A DNA stretch of 64,000 nucleotides from Chthonomonadaceae bacterium (GCA_965277875.1 CBDIDV010000002.1:4578997-4642996), one strand, 5' to 3'; shown: positions 10,635 to 20,638, counted from the first letter of the stretch. Made by a program: numbers and translations. The notes: generated by a model not told the origin, from the sequence alone.

Positions 10635-11489
10635 TCAGAAGTTGGTATCAGGCGAGAAGCCAAGCTCGTGGCAGCTATTGGCGCTGCGCCATGTTCGTTT
10701 GGGCGTCCCATCCGCATTGTAGGCTTTCCACGGCTCGGTGACTTTGTCGGTTACGTTTGGATCCTGAACCGTCGTTGACAAGCGCTTGAACTTTGCATGA
10801 CCGTCCGAGTAGGCATAGGTCTCTCCACTGGAGGAGTGGAGACCGGCGGGCGCGCCGAAAGCGTACCACCCGCTGCTTCCGCCAGCCGCCGTGCAGGGGC
10901 TTGCATCGGGCTTGTACATGCAGTTCCGATTCGCATCATCGCAGTTGGTGAGGATCGGGTTCGAGAAGTCTGTGTTGCCGCCATAAGCGGCATTGCTCTC
11001 CGTAATCATCGGGAGGCCAGCCGGGCTGGAGACGCCTGCAATCGGATAGGATTGCAGCAGGCCGTTGTACACGTTCGAGATCTTGATGACGGGGGTCACT
11101 GCATAAGCGAAGTATTTGGTTGTGACTTCGGGACAAATGGCAACGCCATAGGATTTGGTGTAAGGCTGAATGGCATTGTGGAAAGCCTGTCCGAACGAGG
11201 CGGCATAAGACGGGCCGAAGATCGTGCCGGGTACGCCGAGATAGTATTTGCTCGTCCAGCCCAGCGCCGGATCCCAGCCAAACGCTTCGGGAAACGTTTC
11301 GTCGTAATCCTGTGTGTACATGAGCGTCGAAAGAGACTCCTGCTTCATGTTAGACAGGCAGCTTGTCTGTCGGGCTTTGGCGCGGGCTTGGGCGAAGACG
11401 GGGAACAGAATAGCGGCGAGGATCGCGATAATGGCGATGACCACGAGCAGTTCGATGAGGGTGAACCCTCGGCGTAAATCGGAACGCAT
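10635..11489 (-). CDS. prepilin-type N-terminal domain + DUF1559 protein (paralog 3)
   Basis: [50 protein letters not shown] ... [13 protein letters not shown] at 11487-11489. The long upstream extension in the ORF track is rejected. Confidence 0.85.
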   Translation of the reverse strand: MRSDLRRGFTLIELLVVIAIIAILAAILFPVFAQARAKARQTSCLSNMKQESLSTLMYTQDYDETFPEAFGWDPALGWTSKYYLGVPGTIFGPSYAASFGQAFHNAIQPYTKSYGVAICPEVTTKYFAYAVTPVIKISNVYNGLLQSYPIAGVSSPAGLPMITESNAAYGGNTDFSNPILTNCDDANRNCMYKPDASPCTAAGGSSGWYAFGAPAGLHSSSGETYAYSDGHAKFKRLSTTVQDPNVTDKVTEPWKAYNADGTPKRTWRSANSCHELGFSPDTNF

Positions 11490-11910
11490 AATCAAGACTC
11501 CTTCGGAAGCTGCAGCGGACGGGCGCAGAGAAACAGGCGCGAAAATCATGCCTGTACGCGAGCCGTGTCTGCACAACGGATAAAGATAGCGCGGAAAGCA
11601 AAATCCATGCGGGAAATCCCGCGCAGGCCGGTTACAGCCTGAGACGCGTCTTTGCGCTGGATACGTCCTACTTCGTGGTAAGACCGCTTGATAAAAGCCA
11701 CAACAGTTGAACGATAGGCTAATAATTAAGATAGGGTTAATATAACACACTTTTGGCCCGTTTGACACGCCTGACAGCATAGAACCGGCACTATTTTCGT
11801 ATATTTTTGTGGATTTCTCAGGAAACGTCGAACAGGCCAAAATTCTGCCCCGACAAATGACCGCATCACAGCAAATGCTTGTTGCTGATGCAAGGTACGT
11901 TAATCAACCT

Positions 11911-14808
11911 TTAGGCGGCAGGGGCGAATATGCGGGCGCGTTCTTCCAGTTTGCTCTGCTTGTCCTGCCACGCAAGCAGTCGGCCCCGCTCCTCGTCCAC
12001 GACTTCGGGCTTGGCCCGCGCCACGAAACCCGCGTTGCCCAGTTTGGCCTGTGACCGCTCGATCTCTTTGGCGACCGCGTCCAGTTCCTTTTGGATACGG
12101 GCGCGTTCCTTGTCCATGTCCATCGCGTCCCCGATTTCCAGAAACACCTCCATATCTTCACCGGGCGTACCGATCCATTTCCCGCTCTGGCCGTTTTCCG
12201 GCGAGGGGGCGGACGCAAGAAACAGGGGCGCAGACTGCAAACGGGCCAGGTCTACGATCAGGTCGCCGGTCTCGCGCAGGGCGGCATTCGCGCTCGCATT
12301 CGCGGTCACGATGGCTGCTGTGAGCCGCACACCCGGCGCGATGCTCAGTTCCACGCGCAGGTTGCGTATCGTGCGCGTGGCCGCAACCGCATACGCTATC
12401 GCCTGACATGCCTCGGCATCCTTCCACGCCTCCAGCCCCCCGGCCTGCGGGTAGGGGGCAAGACAGATCGTGTTGTTTGTTGTCTGCTGCTTGCTGCTTG
12501 CCGATGCCTCGCCGCCGGTGTCCTCCCCTTTCTCCTTTTTCCTTTCTCCTTTTTCCTGCGTCAGAGCCTGCCATATCTCCTCGGTGATGAACGGCATCAG
12601 GGGATGCAGCAGACGCAGCGTGATTTCCAGCACATACGCCAGCATGTTCCGGGCGGCGCGGCGGGACGCGCCCTCGCCGCGCAGTCGTGGCTTCGCCATT
12701 TCCAGATACCAGTCGCAAAAGTCGTTCCAGAAGAAGTTATACAGGGCGCGCGTGGCGTCGTCCACATCGTAACTGCCCAGCCGCGCGTTCACGGCCTCGA
12801 TGGTGTCGCGCAACTGCGACAGTATCCACCGATCCGCGCTCGTCTGTTCCTCACGCGGCGGCAGAGACAGGAAAACCGTACTCTCTTCTCCTTCCCTCTC
12901 TTCCTCTTCCAAACTCATCAGCACAAACCGGCTCGCGTTCCACAGCTTGTTGCAGAAGTTGCCCGCGAGTTCGGTGCGCTGCTCGCTGTACTTGATGTCC
13001 TGGTTTTTGCCGGCCTGACCGAGCAGACTAAATCGCGTGGCGTCCGCGCCGTATTTTTCGATCAGGTCAATCGGGTCAATGCCGTTGCCCAGCGTCTTGC
13101 TCATGCGCCGCCCCTGCTCGTCCAGCACGGTCGCATGGATGTACACGTCGCGGAACGGAACCTCGCCCAGAAAGTCCAGCCCGGTCATCACCATGCGGGC
13201 GACCCAGAGATAAAGGATCTCCTGCGCCGTGGACAGCAGATTGGTCGGATAGAAATAGCGCAGGTCGGCGGTATCGCGCGGCCATCCCAGCGTGGCATGA
13301 GGCCACAGAGCCGACGAAAACCATGTATCCAGCACATCCTCATCCTGCCGACAATCCGCCGTGCCTAATTTGGCGACCGCCTCTTCCCGCGTCCGCGCAA
13401 ACGCAAACCGCCGCCCGCCGTACTCGCGCACGGTGTTGTTTGTTGTTTGTTGTCTGTTGTTTGTTGATGCCTCCGTTGCGTCGGTGTCTTCCCCTTTTTC
13501 CTTTTTCCTTTCTCCTTTTTCCTCCTCCCCCTCTTCCTCCTCCGTCCACCAAACCGGAATGCGATGCCCCCACCACAATTGGCGGCTGATGCACCAGTCG
13601 CGGATATTCTCCATCCAGCTAAGATAGATGCCCTCGTAGCGGTCGGGAATGAAGCGCACCTGGCCGGATTTCACCACATCAATGGCGGGTTTGGCAAGCG
13701 GTTTCATGTCCACGAACCATTGCTCGGACAACAGCGGCTCGATCACCTCTTTGGAGCGTTCCGAGATGGGCTGCTGTATCGTATAATCTTCGATCTTGTC
13801 CAGCAGGCCCAGGGCTTCCATGTCGGCCACGACCTTTTTGCGGGCCGCATAGCGATCCAGGCCCGCATAGTCGGGGCCGGCCAGAGCGGTCATTTTGCCG
13901 TCCTTGCCGATCACGATGGGCTGAGGCAGATCGTGCCGCTGCCCGGCCTCAAAGTCGTTCAGGTCGTGGGCGGGCGTCACCTTGACCGCGCCCGACCCGA
14001 ACTCCGGCTTGGCGTAGTCGTCGGCTAGGAGCGGGATTTCCCGGTCGGTCAGGGGCAGGCGCAGCATCTTGCCAAACAGGGGCTGATAGCGCTCGTCGGC
14101 GGGATTGGCCGCAACCGCAGCGTCGCCGAACAGGGTTTCCGGGCGCGTGGTGGCAATCGTGATATGGCCGCTATCGTCCGCGAACGGGTAGCGGAAGTGG
14201 TACAGCTTGCCCTGCACCTCTTTGGTCTCGACTTCGATGTCCGACACGGCTGTCTGGAATTTGATGTCCCAATTCACGATGCGGTTGCCCCGGTAGATCA
14301 GGCCGCGCTCGAACCAGCGTCCGAACTCCTCCATGACCGCGTCCACATACGTTTCATCCAGCGTGAAGCGGGCGCGTTCCCAGTCGTAGGAGCAGCCCAA
14401 TTTCTCGAACTGATAGTAGATGCGTGTGCCGTACTGCTCGCGCCACTGCCAGCAGCGTTCGACAAACGCCTCGCGTCCCAAGTCGTGCCGGGTCAGACCC
14501 TCTTTGGCGAGTTCCCGTTCCACGACGTTTTGCAGGGCGATGCCCGCGTGGTCGGTTCCCGGCAGGCACAGGGCTGCGAACCCGCGCATTCGATGCCAGC
14601 GCGTCATGGCGTCCAGGACGCTGTTGTTCAGGGCGTGGCCCATGTGCAGGCTGCCCGTGATGTTGGGCGGCGGGATCGTGATGCAGTAGGGTTCCTTGTT
14701 CGGATCGGGTTCGGCATGGAACACGCCCCCATCTTTCCAGGCCGCATACCATTTGCTTTCCACGCTTTTCGGATCGTAGGCTTTGGGCAGCAGTGTCTCG
14801 TCGGACAT
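11911..14808 (-). CDS. valS: valine--tRNA ligase (965 aa) carrying two in-frame low-complexity insertions
   Basis: HMGH and KMSKT class I motifs, a ValRS editing domain and a C-terminal coiled coil. GAGGAG ribosome-binding site upstream of the ATG. Contains two ~30-aa EKGERKKEKGEDT...QQTTNNT inserts (see repeats at 12467 and 13437). Confidence 0.95.
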   Translation of the reverse strand: MSDETLLPKAYDPKSVESKWYAAWKDGGVFHAEPDPNKEPYCITIPPPNITGSLHMGHALNNSVLDAMTRWHRMRGFAALCLPGTDHAGIALQNVVERELAKEGLTRHDLGREAFVERCWQWREQYGTRIYYQFEKLGCSYDWERARFTLDETYVDAVMEEFGRWFERGLIYRGNRIVNWDIKFQTAVSDIEVETKEVQGKLYHFRYPFADDSGHITIATTRPETLFGDAAVAANPADERYQPLFGKMLRLPLTDREIPLLADDYAKPEFGSGAVKVTPAHDLNDFEAGQRHDLPQPIVIGKDGKMTALAGPDYAGLDRYAARKKVVADMEALGLLDKIEDYTIQQPISERSKEVIEPLLSEQWFVDMKPLAKPAIDVVKSGQVRFIPDRYEGIYLSWMENIRDWCISRQLWWGHRIPVWWTEEEEGEEEKGERKKEKGEDTDATEASTNNRQQTTNNTVREYGGRRFAFARTREEAVAKLGTADCRQDEDVLDTWFSSALWPHATLGWPRDTADLRYFYPTNLLSTAQEILYLWVARMVMTGLDFLGEVPFRDVYIHATVLDEQGRRMSKTLGNGIDPIDLIEKYGADATRFSLLGQAGKNQDIKYSEQRTELAGNFCNKLWNASRFVLMSLEEEEREGEESTVFLSLPPREEQTSADRWILSQLRDTIEAVNARLGSYDVDDATRALYNFFWNDFCDWYLEMAKPRLRGEGASRRAARNMLAYVLEITLRLLHPLMPFITEEIWQALTQEKGERKKEKGEDTGGEASASSKQQTTNNTICLAPYPQAGGLEAWKDAEACQAIAYAVAATRTIRNLRVELSIAPGVRLTAAIVTANASANAALRETGDLIVDLARLQSAPLFLASAPSPENGQSGKWIGTPGEDMEVFLEIGDAMDMDKERARIQKELDAVAKEIERSQAKLGNAGFVARAKPEVVDEERGRLLAWQDKQSKLEERARIFAPAA
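12467..12560. repeat. family R1 repeat (polypurine/polypyrimidine tract) inserted in frame in valS
   Basis: gttgtttgttgtctgctgcttgc...cccctttctcctttttcctttctcctttttcct. Encodes QEKGERKKEKGEDTGGEASASSKQQTTNNT between conserved ValRS segments EIWQALT and ICLAPYP. Confidence 0.55.
13437..13535. repeat. family R1 repeat, second in-frame copy in valS
   Basis: gttgtttgttgtttgttgtctgttgtttgttgatgcctcc...cccctttttcctttttcctttctcctttttcct, ~85% identical to the copy at 12467. Encodes EEKGERKKEKGEDTDATEASTNNRQQTTNNT after the conserved HRIPVWW segment. Confidence 0.55.
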
Positions 14809-14962
14809 AATGAACTCCTCTTTGAAAGTACCTTACACAATGACTCCTCACACAATGACTCCTCTAAGGGCCGCTCGTTCCTCGCTAGAAGAGGAGAGCG
14901 CAAGCGCAAGTTGGTACCGCACGAGCGAAGCAAACAACAAACGCACTTATCTATCGCACTGG

Positions 14963-15012
14963 CCTTCTCCCGGAACGGGAGAAGGTGGCCGGAGGCCGGA
15001 TGAGGGCCAAAG
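14963..15012. repeat. REP-like hairpin element (family R4)
   Basis: ccttctcccggaacgggagaaggtggccggaggccggatgagggccaaag. A second copy at 55350-55399 reads ccttctccctccgggagaaggtgcgcggagcgcggatgagggccacaaag. Confidence 0.5.
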
Positions 15013-15325
15013 CGCAAAACGCCTGCGCCCTCCCGAAGTGATCGAGAAGGGCGCAGGCGTTGTAAACCCGCGTGGTACCACCTTCATTCCCATGTCTTCA
15101 GCGCCGTTCGTTGCAAAGAACAAAGCAAAGAACAAACGGCAGACACAGGCGCTTGAAACGCTGTAACGGGCGAACCCGGCGAGGACTCCAGGGCGACGTT
15201 GGGCGCATGTCCGTCAGGAGGTTTCCACCGGCCCTCCCTCTCTGGAGACGTAAACGCGCTTACTCTTCCCCTTCACTGTCCCGCAAACGAATTATGGATT
15301 GTGAGTTCGGCTGTTCTGCTCTGGT

Positions 15326-15724
15326 TCAGGGCGCAGGCGGCTGTGATACCATCGAATGCGCGACAGGCGACACAGACTCTGACAGGGCAGGCGGCGCGAT
15401 AGTTGCAGCATCCCCATTCGGAGAACTGCCCCCGGACGGCGGGGCATGGGGCGCTGTATCTTGTCCTGACGCCTGCTGTTCGGTCTCGCTGCGGACAGCT
15501 TCGACACGGGCGGCTTCCTGCGCGGCTGCGGCCACGCTGTCCCACCCGCCCAGGCGGTACATGCTTTTTCCGCAGATGCTGCAAAGACCTTTGAGGTCGC
15601 GCCCGCCCCGACGATTGCAGACCTGGATCGCGCCGCTCATCTGCCGCCGCTCGCGGCAATGGACGCAGTAGCCGAGTACCGCCAGTTCCCCTGTGGGAGA
15701 TTTGCCTGCTTCCCCCCCACTCAT
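15326..15724 (-). CDS. zinc-ribbon protein (CxxC...C...CxxC), hypothetical
   Basis: GYCVHCRERRQMSGAIQVCNRRGGRDLKGLCSICGKSMY followed by a disordered tail. Overlaps the upstream gene by one nucleotide, consistent with coupling. Confidence 0.45.
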   Translation of the reverse strand: MSGGEAGKSPTGELAVLGYCVHCRERRQMSGAIQVCNRRGGRDLKGLCSICGKSMYRLGGWDSVAAAAQEAARVEAVRSETEQQASGQDTAPHAPPSGGSSPNGDAATIAPPALSESVSPVAHSMVSQPPAP

Positions 15725-16089
15725 TACTTGGCTGCGGCCTTTTTGGTTGTTGCTTTAGGGTCGGCTTTGGCTTCGGTTTTGGCGGGCGCTTTTTTGGCGG
15801 CGGGCTTCTTTTCCGCATCCTCGGCTTTAGCGTCGGCTTTGGCGGGCGCGGGCTTCTTCTCCTCAGCCACCTTCGGCTCGGCGCGCTTGAGCAGGGGCAG
15901 GCCGGTCTGCGCGCTTTCCGTGACCGTGTAGCCGTCGGGAACCTTGTCGAGGGCGAGTGTGCCGTCCTTGGCCTCTTTCACTTCTTTGGCGAAAAAGAAC
16001 AGCGTCCGCTTACCGCCGCGCGACTCGGTTTCTTTGGAATGCAGGTAATAGGTCGTGCCGTTCTTTTTGCTCTCGTGAGAGTAGGACAT
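15724..16089 (-). CDS. histone H1-like protein with Lys/Ala/Pro-rich C-terminal tail
   Basis: AAGGAGA ribosome-binding site 7 nt from the ATG at 16087-16089. N-terminal globular part MSYSHESKKNGTTYYLHS...LFFFAKEVK. C-terminal AEEKKPAPAKADAKAEDAEKKPAAKKAPAKTEAK repeats. Confidence 0.55.
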   Translation of the reverse strand: MSYSHESKKNGTTYYLHSKETESRGGKRTLFFFAKEVKEAKDGTLALDKVPDGYTVTESAQTGLPLLKRAEPKVAEEKKPAPAKADAKAEDAEKKPAAKKAPAKTEAKADPKATTKKAAAK

Positions 16090-16473
16090 CAGGTTCTCCT
16101 TGATGATATATGCTGGAAAGATTTGCAATTGTGTGGCTTGCGGTTCGTTTTGACGATGCGGCTATGATAGCACAGACTTCCACTAAACGCAAGCGATTTT
16201 CCGGGCGGTATGACCCAAATTTGCTTATTTTACGCTTGATAGTTAATGCAAAAACCGGTGTGCGTTGATTTTGCATACCCTGTGGCGATATACAAAGCCG
16301 TTCCTCTGAAGACATACGGGCCATGAGAAGCAAGGCGCGGCCTTAATTTCGCTGCCGTGCAAGGATTCCAGGCCGAACATGTCGAAAGTAGGCGTATCCT
16401 GTCCAAACACAGGCTGTATGTTGGAAGTCTGTGCCGACCGAAACCTGCGCCGGTTGTTTGCAAGCCTGACCAT

Positions 16474-16528
16474 ATTGTTATTCTATTGTTATTCTATTGT
16501 TATTCTGTTGTCATTCGATTGTTTTTCT
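16474..16528. repeat. tandem 11-bp repeat (5 units: attgttattct x3, then gttgtcattcg and attgtttttct)
   Basis: Direct tandem copies immediately upstream of the GAGGAG ribosome-binding site and start of the gene at 16552. Confidence 0.6.
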
Positions 16529-16551
16529 TTGGTTACGTGAGGAGCGCCGAA

Positions 16552-17016
16552 ATGTCGCCGCCATCGTCTTTGCCCGTCGAAAAAGCGTCTGTTGAAAAAG
16601 CGCCTCGCCGCCGTTTGCTGGCGCGCGCCGAGGCCGTCACGCTGGGCGGCATGGTACTCGTCGTATCCAGTCTGTTTTTTTTGTGGGAAAAGCGACTGTC
16701 GGATGTGCCGCCCGCGCTGCAGGCCGGCGCATTGCGCGTCGAAAGCCTGACCGTGCCGCTTGACGGCTTCGGCGCGCGCGTGGCCGCTCCGCTGACTATC
16801 TGCGCCGTGCTGTGCGCAAGTACGCTGCTGTGGGACGCGACCGAAAAGAACCGCATGGCGCTGGGCGCGGCGGGCGGCGCGGGCGGGCTGGCCTGCGTGG
16901 TCATCGCCCTGACGCGCTTCGCCCCGCTGCCCGGCATCCTGCTCGCCCTTGCGGGCGGCGCGCTGCTGCTGTGGGGAGCCATCGAACGCGCCTCCCCGCC
17001 GCGTAATAACGCGTAA
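16552..17016 (+). CDS. hypothetical membrane protein (154 aa, 3-4 TM helices)
   Basis: ATG with GAGGAG 8 nt upstream. Hydrophobic segments GGMVLVVSSLFFLW, APLTICAVLCASTLLW and LACVVIALTRFAPLPGILLALAGGALLLWGAI. Confidence 0.5.
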   Translation: MSPPSSLPVEKASVEKAPRRRLLARAEAVTLGGMVLVVSSLFFLWEKRLSDVPPALQAGALRVESLTVPLDGFGARVAAPLTICAVLCASTLLWDATEKNRMALGAAGGAGGLACVVIALTRFAPLPGILLALAGGALLLWGAIERASPPRNNA

Positions 17017-17386
17017 TAATATGTGATATTTGCCGGTTTCGCGTGTCATAATTGAAACAAGACTGCAAGGTAAACATCAGCGCCAGGGATGGATATGAGG
17101 CAGGCCGGACAAATTCAGGAACGATGGCCCGCCTGCTGCCGTCATTGCTTGCGTCTTTGCATTTTTGAGCAAAAATAAAAATTGTACAAGCATTTGTGTC
17201 CGTTGAATTTTGCTGCACTCCGCTGTGTACAGTTCACGGTGATCGTTTGCTGATTGCAGCGCCTGAAAAATAAGGCGCGGCGTCTATAGAACATCTGCCA
17301 AACATCTGCCAAACATCTATGGAGAAGAAATCCGCGCATTTTGGGGAAAATTTCACTTTGAAGAATGTCTTGATCAGGGGGATACT

Positions 17387-19927
17387 ATGAAAGCCGTCAT
17401 CATGGCCGGCGGGGAAGGCACGCGTCTGCGCCCCCTCACCTCTCAGCGGCCCAAGCCGCTCTCGCCCGCGCTCAATCTGCCCATCATGGAGCATATCGTG
17501 CTGCTGCTTAAACAGCACGGCGTCACGGACATCGTCGTCACGCTCCATTATCTGGCGGACGAGATCGAAGGTTATTTCGGAGATGGTTCCGAATGGGGCG
17601 TCAATCTCATCTACTCGGTCGAGGACACGCCGCTTGGCACGGCGGGCAGCGTGAAGCAGGCCGAGTCGCACCTGCGCGACGACACCTTCCTTATCATCAG
17701 CGGCGACGCCCTGACGGACATCAATCTCGACAAGGCCATTGAGTATCATACAAGCAAGGGCAGCCTGGCGACGATTGTGCTTTCACACGTCTCCAATCCC
17801 CTGGAGTTCGGCGTCGTGATTACGGACGACGAAGGCCATGTACGCCGGTTTCTGGAAAAACCGTCGTGGGGCGAAGTGTTTTCCGATACCGTCAATACAG
17901 GCATGTATATTCTGGACCCCAGCGTCTTCGATTACATGGAGATGGGCAAGAACTACGATTGGAGCCACGACATCTTCCCGCAGATTTTGTCGGAAGGCAA
18001 GCCCATGTTCGGCTATGTCCTGGACGGCGATTATTGGTGCGACATCGGCAACCTGCAGCAGTATCGCGAGGCGCAGTACACCGTCATGGACGGCAAAACG
18101 CGCGTCCGCATCGGCAGCGGCACAGCCGAGGGCCGCGACAACGGCGTATGGGTTGGCGAGGGCTGCGAGATCGAGCCGACCGCGCAGATATTGCCGCCGG
18201 TCGTCATCGGGCGCAACTGCAAGATCAAGGCGGGGGCGATTGTCGGCCCGTACAGCGTGATCGGCGACAACTGCATCATCGAGGAACACGCCAAAATCCA
18301 CCGCAGCGTCCTGTGGGACAACGTGTACGTGGGGCTGGAAACGCAGTTAAGCGCGTGTACCGTCTGCTCGCACTGCACCATCAAGGCGAACTGCGACGTG
18401 CAGGAAGGGGCCGTGATCGGGGCGCGCTGCCGCATCGAGGAAGACTCGACGATCCGCACCCAGATCAAACTGTGGCCCGACAAGATCATCGAGGCGGGCA
18501 GCACGGTCACAATGTCGCTTATCTGGGGGCAAAAGTGGGCCGGGTCGCTGTTTCGGAACAACGGCGTCATGGGCATCGCCAATATCGAGATCACGCCCGA
18601 CTTCGCCTGCAAGCTGGGCGCGAGCTTTGGCGGCTATCTGAAAAAGGGCGCAACAGTCGTCACCAATCGCGACAGTGGCCCCGTCGCCCGTATGATGAAA
18701 CGCGCCATGATTTCGGGCCTGCTGTCCGTGGGCGTCAATGTCGTGGATATGCGCTCCATGCCTCTGCCGGTCGCCCGTTTGGGCATCTTAGGCACACAGG
18801 CGGCGGGCGGCGTCCACATCCGGCACTCGCCCGACGACCCCCGGATGCTGATGATCGAGTTTTTTGACGCGCAGGGCGTGTACCTGTCCAAGAACGCCGA
18901 GCGCAAAGTAGAGACTATTTTCTTCCGTGAGGACTTCCGCCGCGTGGACGCCGAACAGGTGGGGCAGTTGGAGTTCGCCAGCCGCGCCATCGAGCAGTAC
19001 ACCGAGGACTTTTACCGCCACGTCAAGACCGACCTGGTCAAGCAGCGCAAACTAAAAGTCGTGGCCGATTTCGCGTATGGCCGACTGGCGACCGTGTACC
19101 CGACCGTACTCGGCCGCATGGGCGTGGAACTGATCGCTCTGAACGCGTACCCGGACGTGGGCAAGGTTCCCAAGACGCCGGACGCCCGCGCCGCCCTGCT
19201 GCCCAACCTGGGCCAGATCGTGCAAACGCTTCACGCCGACCTGGGCGTGTTGTTTGAGGCCGACGGTGAGCGCATGACCATCATTGACGAGTACGGCAAG
19301 GCCATCGAGGGCGACAATCTGCTCGCCATGATGTCGGTTCTGGTGTCGCGCACCAAAGAACGCGCCCGCATCGCCGTACCTGTGACCGCGCCGCGCATGA
19401 TTGAGGGATTGGCGGGACTGCACGGCGGCATGGTACAGCGCACCAAGACCGATGTACGCGACCTGATGGAGATGTGCCGGGGCGAAAACGGCAAGCCGGG
19501 ACGCGTGGACTTTGCGGGCGACGACGCGGGCGGGTTCATCTTTTCGGAGTTTCAGCCTTCGTTCGACGCCATGTTCGCCTTTAGCAAAATGCTGGAACTG
19601 CTGGCCGTGACCGACATCCGGCTTTCGGAACTGAGCGCGGAACTGCCCCGCGCCCACGTCGCCCGCGCCCATGTGCGCTGCCCGTGGGAGACCAAAGGCC
19701 GCATCATGCGCGTCCTGACCAAAGAGGCCGACAGCCACGAGGGCCACAACGGCGACCATGTGGAACTCATAGACGGCATCAAATTCTTCAAGGGCAAAGA
19801 CTGGGCGCTCGTCCTGCCAGACGCCTCCGAGCCGTTCTTCCACGTCTATGCGGAAGCCGACAGCGACGCCGCTGCCAACCAAATGGTAGGCGAGTACGTT
19901 GAAAAGATCGAAGCCCTGCGCGGATAA
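17387..19927 (+). CDS. bifunctional sugar-1-phosphate nucleotidyltransferase / phosphomannomutase-phosphoglucomutase (846 aa)
   Basis: N-terminal [18 protein letters not shown] nucleotidyltransferase fold (GXGTRL). A left-handed beta-helix hexapeptide region. C-terminal alpha-D-phosphohexomutase domains. Confidence 0.85.
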   Translation: MKAVIMAGGEGTRLRPLTSQRPKPLSPALNLPIMEHIVLLLKQHGVTDIVVTLHYLADEIEGYFGDGSEWGVNLIYSVEDTPLGTAGSVKQAESHLRDDTFLIISGDALTDINLDKAIEYHTSKGSLATIVLSHVSNPLEFGVVITDDEGHVRRFLEKPSWGEVFSDTVNTGMYILDPSVFDYMEMGKNYDWSHDIFPQILSEGKPMFGYVLDGDYWCDIGNLQQYREAQYTVMDGKTRVRIGSGTAEGRDNGVWVGEGCEIEPTAQILPPVVIGRNCKIKAGAIVGPYSVIGDNCIIEEHAKIHRSVLWDNVYVGLETQLSACTVCSHCTIKANCDVQEGAVIGARCRIEEDSTIRTQIKLWPDKIIEAGSTVTMSLIWGQKWAGSLFRNNGVMGIANIEITPDFACKLGASFGGYLKKGATVVTNRDSGPVARMMKRAMISGLLSVGVNVVDMRSMPLPVARLGILGTQAAGGVHIRHSPDDPRMLMIEFFDAQGVYLSKNAERKVETIFFREDFRRVDAEQVGQLEFASRAIEQYTEDFYRHVKTDLVKQRKLKVVADFAYGRLATVYPTVLGRMGVELIALNAYPDVGKVPKTPDARAALLPNLGQIVQTLHADLGVLFEADGERMTIIDEYGKAIEGDNLLAMMSVLVSRTKERARIAVPVTAPRMIEGLAGLHGGMVQRTKTDVRDLMEMCRGENGKPGRVDFAGDDAGGFIFSEFQPSFDAMFAFSKMLELLAVTDIRLSELSAELPRAHVARAHVRCPWETKGRIMRVLTKEADSHEGHNGDHVELIDGIKFFKGKDWALVLPDASEPFFHVYAEADSDAAANQMVGEYVEKIEALRG

Positions 19928-20364
19928 ACCAATTGCGCTTTGATGTCTTCTATGCCAAAACAGCCCTTACAGGCATACATCTGTAAGGGCTGTGATGGCT
20001 CTGTATAGGGCTGCTCTCCAAACCGCTGCTGAGAAGCATGGCGAACATGCAGTATCCTGACGACGCCCGTATTCTCAGCATCCGGCTCGATAACGCGAAA
20101 CAAAATACGGTACGCGCTACTGCCTTTACCGTAAATCAGTTGTCTAACGCCTCCACCAAGTGTGTCGCTCTCTGGTGCAGTAATGCAGCGGTGGGGCAGT
20201 TGCGCCAAACTTTCAAAGGCATTCGTCAACCCCGCGTACCAGCGTTCAGCCACTCGAAGCCCATATTGCATTCGGCCTAAGTAGGCCGCCTCTGCTTCTG
20301 CTTCTGCGGGTTCCGTCAACCTTACCTCGTAGGTTGAGAACTCGTCTGCCTCATCAGGCGGCAT
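19846..20364 (-). CDS. parE: ParE/RelE-family toxin with an unusual ~55-aa C-terminal read-through
   Basis: ...[31 protein letters not shown] matches the ParE core. The ORF continues 55 codons past the usual end and overlaps the 3' end of the convergent gene by 82 nt. Confidence 0.65.
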   Translation of the reverse strand: MPPDEADEFSTYEVRLTEPAEAEAEAAYLGRMQYGLRVAERWYAGLTNAFESLAQLPHRCITAPESDTLGGGVRQLIYGKGSSAYRILFRVIEPDAENTGVVRILHVRHASQQRFGEQPYTEPSQPLQMYACKGCFGIEDIKAQLVYPRRASIFSTYSPTIWLAAASLSASA

Positions 20365-20638
20365 GATTATCCGCCTCCATTACCTCATGCGGCCAATCAG
20401 CGGCCAATCCATGCTTCTGGCGCTGTTCCGCAATAAACTCCGAAAGAGGGCGTTCGCGGCCTTCGTTCGCCGCTTGATCGCCGCGCCGAATGCCTTCTAT
20501 GGCGCTTGCCCTGTCCTCCACCTCCCACTCCAGACCCGCAGCAATCAGCGCGTCAGCGACAAGGTTAGTGTCCTGCCCCTCACGCTGCGCTTTTTCCCTA
20601 AGACGCGCTTCTGTTTGCGGCGTCAACACGATTGTCAT
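20354..20638 (-). CDS. parD: ParD/RHH-type antitoxin
   Basis: MTIVLTPQTEARLREKAQREGQDTNLVADALIAAGL. GGGAG ribosome-binding site. The stop overlaps the toxin start by 11 nt. Confidence 0.6.
   Translation of the reverse strand: MTIVLTPQTEARLREKAQREGQDTNLVADALIAAGLEWEVEDRASAIEGIRRGDQAANEGRERPLSEFIAEQRQKHGLAADWPHEVMEADNHAA

Noticed and set aside
12091-13368. 425-aa plus-strand ORF, and several other 100-200 aa ORFs, antisense to valS
   Set aside because: They lie fully inside the conserved valS gene on the opposite strand and are a high-GC antisense artefact with no domain signatures.
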